Positions 29,783 through 40,037 of a DNA stretch of 64,000 nt are shown piece by piece. The position numbers and the translations under genes were made by a program. Under the pieces are notes generated by a model, which saw nothing but the letters and a program-made list of their open reading frames with translations, did no database searches and was not told the origin of the DNA. Positions within the stretch are counted from its first letter, which is position 1; every line of letters begins with the position of its first letter. Origin of the DNA: a virus (taxonomy: Duplodnaviria; Caudoviricetes); the IMG/VR virus record IMGVR_UViG_3300029288_000063, positions 64,001 through 128,000 of that record; one strand, written 5' to 3'.

Positions 29783-29988
29783 AGATTGCCTGTTCGTGCG
29801 GTATTGACGACGAGTTTCTCGAAAAACACACCCTGAGAAACGAGTCGCATGCTGGTGTCGAGTCGTTGGCGGACGCCGCGAAGGAGCTTTTGTCTGTAGC
29901 GGAGCTTCTGGTTGGTGAGCCTGTGATCGATTACTCCAAGTATTTGAATCATACACCGTCTATGGGTGGTGAGTATTATGCCTCGTGA
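29779..29988 (+). CDS. small protein with shared helix motif
   Basis: AAKELLSVAELLVG; GTGA overlap. Confidence 0.5.
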   Translation: MKIACSCGIDDEFLEKHTLRNESHAGVESLADAAKELLSVAELLVGEPVIDYSKYLNHTPSMGGEYYAS

Positions 29989-30427
29989 TGTGAAGTTTGA
30001 TAGGGCAGCATGGGTTGCGGCAATGGAGAAAAAGGCTCCAAAGCGTCGTGCTGTGAGAACTCGGGTCAAACCCGGTGAATTGCGTGGGACGCTTGGTGCG
30101 TCGCGGAATTTCCGCTTGGTTATTCGCGAATCAGCGTTGCGTCAGGTATTGGTTATGATTACCTACAAAAAAACTTCGACAGATGTGACTAATAAATACT
30201 TAGTTGAACCATATAGTTACCGTTCTAGGAAGTTAAAGGTCGGGCGCAGGAAAATGTTGTTTGCGTACGATACGCACAAATTGCCGAACCCGGACAGCAA
30301 CCGCTCAAAAGCGGAAGCGTTACGATCCAAAAAACCGTCTATCAAGGGTTTTGCAATGAGCAATATCAAAAAAGCCGTTATTACGGACACCAAGTTCCGC
30401 CCCCGGTGGCCGGTCGAGATTCGCTAA
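29978..30427 (+). CDS. WYL-like domain protein
   Basis: ITY...VEPYS...LFAYD...IKGF..SNI pattern. Confidence 0.55.
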   Translation: MPRDVKFDRAAWVAAMEKKAPKRRAVRTRVKPGELRGTLGASRNFRLVIRESALRQVLVMITYKKTSTDVTNKYLVEPYSYRSRKLKVGRRKMLFAYDTHKLPNPDSNRSKAEALRSKKPSIKGFAMSNIKKAVITDTKFRPRWPVEIR

Positions 30428-30513
30428 TTCAACTCTTGTATATTTTTTTTATACTGAACTTTTGTCTGAGGGACACCTTAAACAAATGTCCTTGATGTTT
30501 CGTTTTTTTTTGG

Positions 30514-31191
30514 ATGGATGGGTCGACCATGATGAGACGAGGGACGCTTGAAAGCTTGCTGTCTAATCCTTCAGTTTTAACTGACCGATTTTTGGAAATG
30601 ACCCGGATTTTTCGTCCGGGTGATGTCGTTGAAAGTGCCTTAACACCGGGATTGAATTATGGTGTGGTCGAGGATGTAAACGACAAAACTCGCAAAGTCA
30701 TGGTGGTGTGGAATAGCGGGATTCAAGACCAAGTTGACCAAAATGACATTCAGCTTGTTCCAAATATTCGTCCAGAGATTGAAGACCGCATTCGTGCCGC
30801 TCTCCTTCCGCTGAATGGACGTCGTATGGCGGGTGATCAAGAAGACGCAATTATTCCACCTAACTACATATCAGATCCAGACTTACACGGCATAACAGAA
30901 AGTCGTGGTGGTGGGTTCTCTATTATGCAAAACCTGCAAGAAGACCTCCACAAAGAGAGCATTGAAGACGCGAAGACGGGCAGCGTTGATGGGATGCGTT
31001 CCCGGCGTGCTGTTTACCACAAGCAACGTGGCAGGGTGTACCAGCGTTCCCGAGTTGAGGTTGAAAACGAAACCCTGAGGTGTCCTCGCTGCGGCGAGGA
31101 TGGTATGGAGAAAGAATCGTACACGAAGGGTATTTATATGTTTCGTTGTCCGTCTTGTGGTTGGAAAATCACTACAGACAAATTGTTGTAG
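30514..31191 (+). CDS. hypothetical protein with C-terminal Zn ribbon
   Basis: CPRC...CPSC. Confidence 0.65.
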   Translation: MDGSTMMRRGTLESLLSNPSVLTDRFLEMTRIFRPGDVVESALTPGLNYGVVEDVNDKTRKVMVVWNSGIQDQVDQNDIQLVPNIRPEIEDRIRAALLPLNGRRMAGDQEDAIIPPNYISDPDLHGITESRGGGFSIMQNLQEDLHKESIEDAKTGSVDGMRSRRAVYHKQRGRVYQRSRVEVENETLRCPRCGEDGMEKESYTKGIYMFRCPSCGWKITTDKLL

Positions 31192-31203
31192 GAGGGTGAA
31201 ACC

Positions 31204-31464
31204 ATGTGTGACAAGAGTGAATATGACCGGGATGTTTCAAGTGTCACATCCGGCGTGAAGGAAATCGTTGGAATCCTGAAGCCGTTTTTGGTCGCCGCTC
31301 TGATTATCGTTGCTGGTGTTTTGCAGTATAAGGGGTTAATCGACTCGGCGACGTTCAATTTGATTATCTCTGTTCTTGGTGGAGGTGTTGTGGCGTCTGT
31401 TCAGACTGCCCAGCGTCGTCTTGAACGGAAAACGGACAGGGCTATTCGGTCGCTTGGGAAGTGA
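31204..31464 (+). CDS. small two-TM membrane protein (holin-like)
   Basis: Two hydrophobic segments and a basic tail. Confidence 0.45.
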   Translation: MCDKSEYDRDVSSVTSGVKEIVGILKPFLVAALIIVAGVLQYKGLIDSATFNLIISVLGGGVVASVQTAQRRLERKTDRAIRSLGK

Positions 31465-31511
31465 ATCTGTTTGTGTTGGTTTTCGTTTAACGAAAAGAAG
31501 AGGGTAGGAAT

Positions 31512-32318
31512 ATGAATCGAGAGATGATTGCCAAGCAACTGGTTGTTCTTGCGAAAGAGTTGATGGGTTCAGGAGCCGATGCCGGTCGTGATATGATTCG
31601 TTCGGCGAAGAAGGTGTTGGAGCTGCGTGCACGTCGCGCCCAGATGGTTGTTGCGTCTGAAAAGGCGAGCTACAATCGCTATGCCGCCCGTCAGGTTCTT
31701 GCTTTCAACGTTCCACAGAAAGCCGAAACCCTCGCCAAGATGATGAAGGTTCACGGGTTCACCATCAACGACGATGGGAAGATTGCCTATTGGCCGTTTG
31801 GTGCCGGTGGGATGATTGATTACTCCAAGCAGCCGACCACTGTCGGTGGCGGCGTGTCATACAACGACTTTCCGACTGCGATTCGTCAGATGCAGCACAT
31901 GGTGACGGGTGCTGACGAAGAGATTGCCAAGATGCGCGAGCTATTGGATGCGACCGCACGTTTCCGGAAAGACATTCGCGAATCTGCCGGTACTCCGGAC
32001 GACGAGCTGAAGGAAATCTTTGACAAGCAGTTGTCGAAATCTGTGGCGGAGTTGTCTCGCGCCCGGATGCCTGCGAAGCTGGAAATCAAGAAGATTCTGG
32101 ATGAAACTCAGAAGCTTTGTGATGGTGGGAAGTTCAAGGAGGCTATTGCCAAGTCGAACGAGGTGGACGAGCACGTATTCAACCTTTTGAAGTCTTGGGA
32201 CTCTCGCAAGAAGGTTTATGCCGACCGCATCAAGATGTTCTATGGGCTGGACAATGCACGCCGCAAGCGCCCGGACACGTTCAACTCTGTTCTTTTGGAA
32301 ATCATGACCGGAAAGTGA
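31512..32318 (+). CDS. hypothetical protein with shared helix motif
   Basis: IAKQLVVLAKELMG. Confidence 0.7.
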   Translation: MNREMIAKQLVVLAKELMGSGADAGRDMIRSAKKVLELRARRAQMVVASEKASYNRYAARQVLAFNVPQKAETLAKMMKVHGFTINDDGKIAYWPFGAGGMIDYSKQPTTVGGGVSYNDFPTAIRQMQHMVTGADEEIAKMRELLDATARFRKDIRESAGTPDDELKEIFDKQLSKSVAELSRARMPAKLEIKKILDETQKLCDGGKFKEAIAKSNEVDEHVFNLLKSWDSRKKVYADRIKMFYGLDNARRKRPDTFNSVLLEIMTGK

Positions 32319-32331
32319 TCGGGGGTGTCTG

Positions 32332-33345
32332 ATGCGTCGTTGCACGTCTGACCATTGTCTTGTTGCCGCAGCCCGGAAGTCCAGACTTGTTGGTTTGGAC
32401 TTGCCGGTTGCCGGTATTCTGCACAGCCCGTCTAGGGATTGGAATGCCATCTCGAAACGCGGCAGCATACGGGTTGCGTCGGATAGGCGTGCGTTGGATG
32501 TTGACTGGAAGAAGTTCAACGTCAACGACTTTCTATTCTCGCACTGTACTATTGTGACGAGTGTGAAGACGGCGGATAACGGATTTTGGATTGAGCCGCC
32601 CTGTGAAGAGCTTGTGAATGCGAACGGGAACGCATGGACGACTCCGGTTTTGCTTGCGACTTTCAAGTCGTTTGGGAACGCGGAGAATTACTATGAACAC
32701 GTTCAGGTTCCCGAGCTTTCCAAGGGGAAGATTTTGGATGCCGTATTGCGCCCAGTGACCTATGTTGGGCAGACTGGTTTGAAGGCGGATGTTCTGTATT
32801 GTGACATCCTCGTGGCGACCAGCCGCACGCATGGGGAGTTGGTTGATAGGATTGAGCACGGCGAGCTGACGACCATGTCGATGGGTTGCTTGGCGCATGT
32901 CGTTCAATGCTCGAAGTGCGGCAAAGAAATCAAGGACGATGATGCCAACTGCGAACACCTTGACAACGAGTTGATGCAGGAGTTTGTTGACAAAAACGGC
33001 GTCCGTCGCATTGTTTCCGAGCTGTGTGGTCGGTCGTTTAAGAGGAATGGAGAGTGGGTTGGCGACCCGGAATCGCTTGAGTTCATTGAAGCGTCGTGGG
33101 TTGAAAAGCCTGCTTTCAAGGGTGCGGTTCTCAACCACATGATTAGCGAGGTTGATGCCGAAAAGCACGCGTCCATCCTGTCGTTGCCCTCCCGCAAATT
33201 GGCTGCTTTGTTTGATGACCTTCCGCACATTCGCGTTGCGGATGCGGAGGGGATGTTGGTGTTGCGTGTTGCCCGTGAGGAGTTGTTGCGGCGTCGTGAA
33301 GAACATTTGATTTCTCGTGTAGCGCGTTCCATTTGGTGCGCGTAG
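32332..33345 (+). CDS. prohead (maturation) protease with Zn insert
   Basis: YEH, TMSMGC, CSKC..CEH, FIEASWVEKPAF; upstream of capsid genes. Confidence 0.75.
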   Translation: MRRCTSDHCLVAAARKSRLVGLDLPVAGILHSPSRDWNAISKRGSIRVASDRRALDVDWKKFNVNDFLFSHCTIVTSVKTADNGFWIEPPCEELVNANGNAWTTPVLLATFKSFGNAENYYEHVQVPELSKGKILDAVLRPVTYVGQTGLKADVLYCDILVATSRTHGELVDRIEHGELTTMSMGCLAHVVQCSKCGKEIKDDDANCEHLDNELMQEFVDKNGVRRIVSELCGRSFKRNGEWVGDPESLEFIEASWVEKPAFKGAVLNHMISEVDAEKHASILSLPSRKLAALFDDLPHIRVADAEGMLVLRVAREELLRRREEHLISRVARSIWCA

Positions 33346-33390
33346 GAAATGGCGTATCGGCTGATAGATGTGTTGAGAAGGAGGAGTGCG

Positions 33391-33987
33391 ATGAGTAAGG
33401 CTCGTGAAGCCCTGTTGTTTCAGATTGATGAGATGGAAGCGCGTCTGGCTAGTGAATCAGACGAAGCGATTTCGCAGTGGGCTGATGAAATCGTTGAAGA
33501 AGAAGCGCAGGTGATTGAGGAAAGCACCGGTATTCCCGTTGAGGATGAGGCGGATTTCTCCGACCAGAACACCAAGATGTCCTCTGTTGCCGAATCGTTG
33601 GTTGCGATGGCTCAAGCTCTGATGGGTGAAGAATCCGAAGGAGACAAGCAGGTTGACCAGCAGTACGAAGAAGAGGTTAAGGAAGAGGATAAGGCTATTG
33701 GTGCATCTATGGAAAACCGTGTCGCATCCTCGCTCGTTCGTCTCGCCTCGATGTTGATGGCTGAAGATGACGAAGAGACCACGGAAGAGGAAGACAAGGA
33801 AGAAACCACGGCCAAGAAGGGTGCAGACAAGAAGGATCTGCCGCCGGAGTTCCTCGAAAACATCAAGAAGAAGGAAGATGACGCCAAAGCGAAGAAAGGT
33901 GCCGTTGCCGCTCGCAAGGCTGAAATCGAGAAGTTGGAAAAGGTGATTGCTTTTGCCAAGAAGAAGCTTTCGTCGATGCGTGGGTAG
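33391..33987 (+). CDS. acidic scaffold/core-like protein
   Basis: Two copies of the shared helix motif; AKKGA repeats. Confidence 0.6.
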   Translation: MSKAREALLFQIDEMEARLASESDEAISQWADEIVEEEAQVIEESTGIPVEDEADFSDQNTKMSSVAESLVAMAQALMGEESEGDKQVDQQYEEEVKEEDKAIGASMENRVASSLVRLASMLMAEDDEETTEEEDKEETTAKKGADKKDLPPEFLENIKKKEDDAKAKKGAVAARKAEIEKLEKVIAFAKKKLSSMRG

Positions 33988-34078
33988 CCTATCTCGTCCG
34001 AATGGGTTTTTAATATTTTTTTTATAGTTTCACAAGTGTTGAGACTATTGTTCGAAAAAAGTTTAGAGGAGATAGAAA

Positions 34079-34636
34079 ATGTCCCAGAAGAAAATTGGCA
34101 GGGAAGCAATTCTTGCTGAAATTGGCCGCCTCGAAGGGATGTTGAGCCTGCGTGGTGCCGAGCGGAAGTCGTCGGAAGACCTCGTTGAAGAGGTTGACCT
34201 GAATACCGACATGGGTGAGGGTGCCAAGGAAGCAGCGAGCCGTTGCGGCGACTTTGATGACATTGTTCCCCTCGATGTCGATTCCGACGAGGGGTTGTTG
34301 GAAGATGTTCTTGATGATGTCGACTTCGAAGGTGGTGCGGATGTTTTGGATGCCTGTGGTACTGTGGCGTCTGAGATGGAACCCGGCATCGAAGACGAAA
34401 TCACTCAAGACAGTTTCGACGAAGTTGAGGAAGAGCTTGGTGCGGATGATATTGCGACTGAAGACACCACGAAGGATGTTGTGGCGTCGGAATATGTCGG
34501 ACGTTTGTCCGAGGCGTCGAGTCGTCTTGACCGTGTTGCTTCCTATTTGGAAAAGAATGGTCAGGTAAAGTTGGCCTTCCGCATTGACCGTTTGGCGGAT
34601 GCCTTGGATGCGGAGAGGTCACGGCTGTCAAAATAA
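34079..34636 (+). CDS. acidic head-associated protein
   Basis: GAGGAG SD; position in head module. Confidence 0.6.
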   Translation: MSQKKIGREAILAEIGRLEGMLSLRGAERKSSEDLVEEVDLNTDMGEGAKEAASRCGDFDDIVPLDVDSDEGLLEDVLDDVDFEGGADVLDACGTVASEMEPGIEDEITQDSFDEVEEELGADDIATEDTTKDVVASEYVGRLSEASSRLDRVASYLEKNGQVKLAFRIDRLADALDAERSRLSK

Positions 34637-34676
34637 TGACGGGCTTTGACTACTTTTTGAGAAAGAAAAAGGAGAC

Positions 34677-35822
34677 ATGAAGATGGAAAAGCGTGTACGT
34701 CTTACAGCCCGTCGTCGCAGTGCCTCGGATGACATTCCGTATCCGGGAACGGTGAATCAGGAAGACCGCAAGTTTGTTGAACGTGACAAGTATGACACGT
34801 TCGAACAGACCATCAACCATGAGCTGCCGGATATGCGCACTGAGTGGCGCAACGATGCTCGTGACGAAATCGGTTTCCCGATTGCCGAAGACCATACCGA
34901 AATCACGGGTACGAAGGATGGGGGTATGACCGTCGCCAGCGTGCGTCAAGCTGCCAGCAAGGCTGTCAAGCTCTCTATGTTGCTGTTGGGCAACAAGGTC
35001 CCGGAGAAAATGATTGAGGGGCAGGCGAAGGATTTCATGCTTCTCGGTTCTGCCGGTCTTGACCGTGCCCTTTCCCGCTTCGCCAAGACCGAGACTTTGT
35101 ATGCTCGCAAGGCGGAAGATGAGGAGGAAGACGAGGAAGAGACTGTCGAAGCTAAGAAGAGTGCTGACGAAGCTCCTGCCGAGGAAAAGAAGGAAGAAAC
35201 CACAGCCAAGAAGTCTGCCGACGAAACGCCTGCCGAGGAGAAGAAGGAAGAAACCACGGCCAAGAAGGGCTCGGACGAGGAAGAGACCACGGCTGAGGAA
35301 GAAGCCCCGAAGGCGAAGAAGGGTGCTGATGAAGCCCCTGCCGCCGAAGAGAAGAAGGAAGAAGCCCCGAAGGCGAAGAAGGGTGCCGACGAGGAAGAGA
35401 CCAAGGCTGATGACGAAGCTCCTGCCGAGGAAACCAAGGCGAAGAAGGGTGCCGAGGAAGACGAGGAAGAGACTGTCGAAGCCAAGAAGGGTGCTGATGA
35501 GGAAGACGACGAGTCCAAGGTTGCCGAGTTGGATATCGAACTTTCTGCCGCAGAAGAGGAAGACACAGAGGAAGATGAGAAATCTGCATCTATTCTGTCC
35601 TCTCTCTATGAAGAGGTGAAGAAGCAGGAAGCTGCTCGTCGCGGTAAGACCTCTGAAGATGATACCGAAGAAGAGGTTGTTGAATCCAAGAAGAGTGCTT
35701 CTGTAAAAGCCCGTGGTGCCCAGAAGCTTGGTGGTCAGCCGCGTATCGCCAGCGACATGTCTGTGAAGGACATCTCTGAGATTTGGGGAGATGTTCCGGA
35801 TGTCAGTGGCGTGTTTAACTGA
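34677..35822 (+). CDS. scaffold-like protein with AKK(G/S)ADE repeats
   Basis: Highly acidic; between protease and capsid genes. Confidence 0.65.
   Translation: MKMEKRVRLTARRRSASDDIPYPGTVNQEDRKFVERDKYDTFEQTINHELPDMRTEWRNDARDEIGFPIAEDHTEITGTKDGGMTVASVRQAASKAVKLSMLLLGNKVPEKMIEGQAKDFMLLGSAGLDRALSRFAKTETLYARKAEDEEEDEEETVEAKKSADEAPAEEKKEETTAKKSADETPAEEKKEETTAKKGSDEEETTAEEEAPKAKKGADEAPAAEEKKEEAPKAKKGADEEETKADDEAPAEETKAKKGAEEDEEETVEAKKGADEEDDESKVAELDIELSAAEEEDTEEDEKSASILSSLYEEVKKQEAARRGKTSEDDTEEEVVESKKSASVKARGAQKLGGQPRIASDMSVKDISEIWGDVPDVSGVFN
35110..35520 (+). repeat. imperfect coding tandem repeats
   Basis: About 7 units of EE..AKK(G/S)(A/S)(D/E)E. Confidence 0.8.
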
Positions 35823-35912
35823 GGCTAACCCGGTGTGTGCCGGATTGGTTTGAAAAGCGGATGGGTTCACGGGTTGTGACCCTTTGTCGAAAACAGGATA
35901 GGAGGTTGTACG

Positions 35913-36419
35913 ATGAGTTTGACGATTTTGATTCGTGGACACCTCTCGTCGATTCCGAGTCTCGCCGATGTCTGCTTCACGCAGGACAATTATGGCGATG
36001 GCACGAACACGACGATGAGTGTGAACACCCCGCGTGGCGTGCTGGGTGGTTCTGTGGCGGCTGTGGCGGCTGCTCCGGATGGCGGTGACTATATTACCGT
36101 TCCGGGCACCCGTGCCTTGACTCCCCTTGGTCTTTTCGTGAATGACGCTGCGGGCGCAGCTTTTGAGAACGCCCCTGCTGTCGCGAGCGGCAAGGTCACG
36201 GTGATGAAGGCTATGGCGTCGGTTGAGGTCGATGTGTTTGAGACACAGACTCGCGCTGACCACGGCGTTGCACTGGTCTATGCGGTTGGTCAGAAGTTGT
36301 ATGCCTCGGATGCTGGTCTGTTGACCAACGAGGCGTCCACCGATGGGACCGTGATTGGTGTCGTCACAAAGATTCCGACGACTGCCAGCCCGACCCTCGG
36401 TTTGGACATGCGTATTTAG
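35913..36419 (+). CDS. head decoration/cement protein
   Basis: Beta-rich 168 aa ORF directly before the major capsid gene. Confidence 0.6.
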   Translation: MSLTILIRGHLSSIPSLADVCFTQDNYGDGTNTTMSVNTPRGVLGGSVAAVAAAPDGGDYITVPGTRALTPLGLFVNDAAGAAFENAPAVASGKVTVMKAMASVEVDVFETQTRADHGVALVYAVGQKLYASDAGLLTNEASTDGTVIGVVTKIPTTASPTLGLDMRI

Positions 36420-36500
36420 TAGTTGAAAATTGGAAACGACCCTGCCCGTATGTGGCGGGCAGGGTTAAAGTTGAAGGTGCCGTGAGAGGAGGAATTTCAA

Positions 36501-37361
36501 ATGGCTGTTGATAACCAGACCAAGAATGAAATCATCAGCGCTTTTATCAAGACGTCCGCCGGTCGGTCGCGTCTTGCCGCGTCGATGATTCAGCCTCTCA
36601 GAAAGCGCCGGGACTACGCTTCCGTGGGACGCCGTGCGTTCTTCGTGGAACAGCTTCCGGATGGTGCTCTCCCCATTTACGACAAGGACCCGAACGTTAC
36701 GGCCTATGTCGTTGGTGAGGAAGGCGAGAACATCGTGGCTGTCGCGAAGCCGAAGAGGGTGTTGTTTCCTCTCTTCGAAGTCGCATCGAACCCGGAAATT
36801 CAGCTCACTGAAATCAAGGCTCGTCGCTTTGATTTGATTGAGCGTAGCGTGGACCTCGCGAAGTCTGAGATTCAGGCTGAGGAAGACCGCAAGGTGTTTG
36901 CGGTTATGGATGCGTTGGCCGCTGACCCGACCAACCCGAACCCGGACATCCCGGTCACGACGAACCTGACGGCGAACGCTCTTGCTGACGCCTTCGCGAA
37001 CGTCGAGCGTTCGGACATGCGTGTTGCAAATGTGTTCTTGAATGCCAAGGACTACGCGGACCTGCGTAAGTGGGACCGTGATACCCTCGACATCGAGACT
37101 CAGGCCAAGTTGTTGAAGACCGGTCTGATGGCAACCCTCTGGGGTGCGAAGCTCATCACAAGCCGTATCGTTCCGGAAGGAACTGTTTACGTTTGTGGCG
37201 AACCAGAGTTCTTCGGACGTATCCCCGTCCGCACCGAGTTGACTGTCCTATCCGCCGACGACCCGAAGAACCGCCTGATTGGTTTCAGCATCTTCGAGAA
37301 CATTGGTATCGGGGCGTACAACCCGTATGCGCTCCAGCGCCTCCTGATCTCCCGCGCCTAA
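36501..37361 (+). CDS. major capsid protein (HK97-like)
   Basis: Strong SD and biased codons; EIQAEED, LWGAKLITSRIVPEG; follows protease, scaffold and decoration genes. Confidence 0.8.
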   Translation: MAVDNQTKNEIISAFIKTSAGRSRLAASMIQPLRKRRDYASVGRRAFFVEQLPDGALPIYDKDPNVTAYVVGEEGENIVAVAKPKRVLFPLFEVASNPEIQLTEIKARRFDLIERSVDLAKSEIQAEEDRKVFAVMDALAADPTNPNPDIPVTTNLTANALADAFANVERSDMRVANVFLNAKDYADLRKWDRDTLDIETQAKLLKTGLMATLWGAKLITSRIVPEGTVYVCGEPEFFGRIPVRTELTVLSADDPKNRLIGFSIFENIGIGAYNPYALQRLLISRA

Positions 37362-37398
37362 TCGCGCCTGAGTGAAGGTGGTGTAGGTCTCATCCGCT

Positions 37399-37436
37399 GC
37401 CGCCCCCAGTCTACGTGACTGGGGGCGGTTTTTTGG
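37399..37436 (+). terminator. intrinsic terminator after capsid gene
   Basis: GCCGCCCCCAGT/ACTGGGGGCGGT and T tract. Confidence 0.85.
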
Positions 37437-37523
37437 ATTTATTCCCATTTTTACACTCGTTTTTCTTTGGTGTTATCCCCGTTGTTTGTATAATGTGTTG
37501 GTTCTTTCTGAGGAGAAAAAACA

Positions 37524-39512
37524 ATGGGGACGCAAACGCACAAGAATCATGGGTTGAATAAAGATATGGTGGAGCAGTTATATCTTCGAGACGGGTTGAG
37601 TGATTCGGAGATTGGTTCGAGGTTTGGGTTGACTGGTGAGGGTGTTGCGTACTTCAGAAGAAAGTACGGCATCAAAACGATTTCTCAGTCTGATAGGATA
37701 TCTATCAGGGCAAGAAAGATCGGACTGATGGAGCTTTCTGTGGTTTCTGATGATGAGTTGATTCGGTTATATGATAAGCATGGGATGGTTACTCTTGGGA
37801 GGATGTTTGGGTGCAGCAAAATTCCAATCCGAGAAAAACTGCGCCGTCTAGGGGTTTGCATAAAAACGAAGCAAGATAGGACGGTAAGCGGGCATCCGGA
37901 CAGCCTGTCCCTGATGCAGCAGGAGGTGTTGATTGGGTCGCTGCTTGGAGATGGATGCCTCGTTGTGAACAACCTCGGGGATGCTGCCCATTTCCAAGAG
38001 ATGCATTCGGCAGCTCAGAGGCGATATCTGGAGTGGAAGCACGATGTGTTCATGCCTTTCTCCAAAAGGATTCACAAAGAGGATAAGGTGTTGGACGATG
38101 GGAGGGAATCGAAGGGTTTTGGTTTTAAGACATGTGTTCATCCGTTGTTTGTTCGGTTCTATGATATGTTTTATGGGGGAGCCAAAAAGCATCTTCCAGA
38201 TGGCTTGATGAGGAATATCTCGCCACTGAGTTTAGCGGTCTGGTATATGGACGATGGCTGTCTTTCTGATCAAAATAAGGACGGAGTATTCACGATAGCC
38301 TCTGGGTTTTGTAAAGAATCTGTTGAGGTTATTGCTGATTCGCTTAATGATCGGTTTCAGTTTGATATTGAAGTTCGCGAAGTAGATAGTGTGTCTGTTC
38401 TTGTTTTTCATAACAAGCAGAAATTCTTCGATGTTATTGGTAGGCACATTGTTCCGTCGATGGCATATAAGGTTCCTTTGAGTTTGAGGTTTTCCATGCC
38501 TCATATTCGGAATCCGAAGTTGTATGGGTTGCCAAACAAACTTTCTCCTGCGGAGGTTGCGAATCCATCTGAAGGACTGTTGGATGATCTTGTTGAGTTT
38601 TGGCAGGTTGCAGGGTTTCCTTTTCCAAGCGTTCCGAAGAAAGACAAGAGGTTGAGCGAGATAGAAGCGGTCAGAAATTCCAAGATAGAGCTTTCAGAAG
38701 TAGTTGGGTCTGGATTCTCTTCTGGCTGTGGGTTGTGTCTGTCGTTCTTCGAGAATGTTTGGTCGGTGAAACGGCATGGGCAAAAAAGCCCAGAGGATGT
38801 GTTTTACGATAAGGCTCTCTTGAGGCATGCTATCCGTGACTGCTTGAAGCATCGTGGTGGGTGTCGGGAGTCGGAATTGCGTTCTGAGCTTCGAACGTTT
38901 GGAGGGGTCCAAACGTTTCGTCCGGTTGTCGCAAGGGCAATTTATGATCGCTATTGCCCGGTTGGCGGGCGAGTTCTTGATCCCTGTTCTGGTTGGGGAG
39001 GGCGATTGCTTGGGTTCTATGCGTCCGTTGTGTCGGAGTATATCGGGGTTGATGCGAATCCAGATACCGTGAAGGGGCTGAAACATATGCGGTGTTTGTT
39101 GGGTCGGGATGTTGCGGGTAAGTCTGTTGATATTAAATATGCCGCTTTTGAGGACTTGAAACTTGATGGATCATTTGATGTCGTCTTTACGTCGCCTCCG
39201 TATTTCTGTAAAGAGTTGTACGGGGACGATGAGTTTCAGAGTTATGTCCGGTATGGCAAATACAACGATTGGCGGGATGGATTTTTGAAGCCTCTTGTTG
39301 AGAAGTCCGTTTCCGTTTTGAAGCGTGGAGGTTTTTTGATACTCAATGTTGCGGATGTTCGGGTTGGTGGTGATGTTTTCCCACTTGTCGAAGACACACG
39401 CTCGCTGATGAAGTCTGTTATAGGGCTGTTTGCGGAACACAACATGGAGTTTCTGAGTCCATATGGCGGGAAGACAAGGTTTGAACCAATTCTCGTTGGT
39501 CGGAAGGATTGA
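37524..39512 (+). CDS. HTH + LAGLIDADG endonuclease fused to an amino-DNA methyltransferase
   Basis: IGSLLGDG and AVWYMDDG; DPCSGWGGR and FTSPPY. Confidence 0.85.
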   Translation: MGTQTHKNHGLNKDMVEQLYLRDGLSDSEIGSRFGLTGEGVAYFRRKYGIKTISQSDRISIRARKIGLMELSVVSDDELIRLYDKHGMVTLGRMFGCSKIPIREKLRRLGVCIKTKQDRTVSGHPDSLSLMQQEVLIGSLLGDGCLVVNNLGDAAHFQEMHSAAQRRYLEWKHDVFMPFSKRIHKEDKVLDDGRESKGFGFKTCVHPLFVRFYDMFYGGAKKHLPDGLMRNISPLSLAVWYMDDGCLSDQNKDGVFTIASGFCKESVEVIADSLNDRFQFDIEVREVDSVSVLVFHNKQKFFDVIGRHIVPSMAYKVPLSLRFSMPHIRNPKLYGLPNKLSPAEVANPSEGLLDDLVEFWQVAGFPFPSVPKKDKRLSEIEAVRNSKIELSEVVGSGFSSGCGLCLSFFENVWSVKRHGQKSPEDVFYDKALLRHAIRDCLKHRGGCRESELRSELRTFGGVQTFRPVVARAIYDRYCPVGGRVLDPCSGWGGRLLGFYASVVSEYIGVDANPDTVKGLKHMRCLLGRDVAGKSVDIKYAAFEDLKLDGSFDVVFTSPPYFCKELYGDDEFQSYVRYGKYNDWRDGFLKPLVEKSVSVLKRGGFLILNVADVRVGGDVFPLVEDTRSLMKSVIGLFAEHNMEFLSPYGGKTRFEPILVGRKD

Positions 39513-39562
39513 GGAACACATGTTATACTTATTTTATATATTGATGAGTGTAGGAGGATATT

Positions 39563-40018
39563 ATGCCTGATTCGTTTCGCAAAGAAGTTGATGTAGCGTA
39601 TCGTCGTGTTCATGGTTTCGAGAGAGAAGACATGATGGCTCAACGTATTGCGTCTGAGTTGGTTCGTGTTGCCCGTGATGTGTCGGCTGTTCCTGCAACA
39701 GATATTCTTGTGACGAAAAACGCCCTTGTTGGGCGTTCGGAGCGTGTTGTTGCGGCTGTCAATCGCGAGAGTGTTTTGTTCAATCTCTCTATGCGGATGA
39801 ATCAAGTGTATAGTCGGAAAAACATGATGTTGATTACCTTTAGTCCTCGTTGGAAAGAGGATAAATTTATCAACAAGGAAGGACAGAGTTCTGAGGTTCC
39901 GGTGTCGGCAGTGTATCGTCGTTTTGTTGAGAAGGCGATATTGTCGAGCTTTGGAGACGATGTTCTTGTTCAGTGGAAAGATGATATTTGTTGGATTAAG
40001 GTTTCGTTTGAGGATTGA
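39563..40018 (+). CDS. hypothetical protein with shared helix motif
   Basis: IASELVRVARDVSA. Confidence 0.65.
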   Translation: MPDSFRKEVDVAYRRVHGFEREDMMAQRIASELVRVARDVSAVPATDILVTKNALVGRSERVVAAVNRESVLFNLSMRMNQVYSRKNMMLITFSPRWKEDKFINKEGQSSEVPVSAVYRRFVEKAILSSFGDDVLVQWKDDICWIKVSFED

Positions 40019-40037
40019 TGTTTTCTAGGGGTCTATC

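Noticed and set aside
35110-35520. CRISPR-like repeat array
   Set aside because: Repeats are in-frame, imperfect and protein-coding; no spacers or cas genes.
34650-36263. Long minus-strand ORFs (also 4937-6067, 19743-20714, 32533-33306)
   Set aside because: Antisense shadows of codon-biased plus-strand genes, with no SD or motifs.
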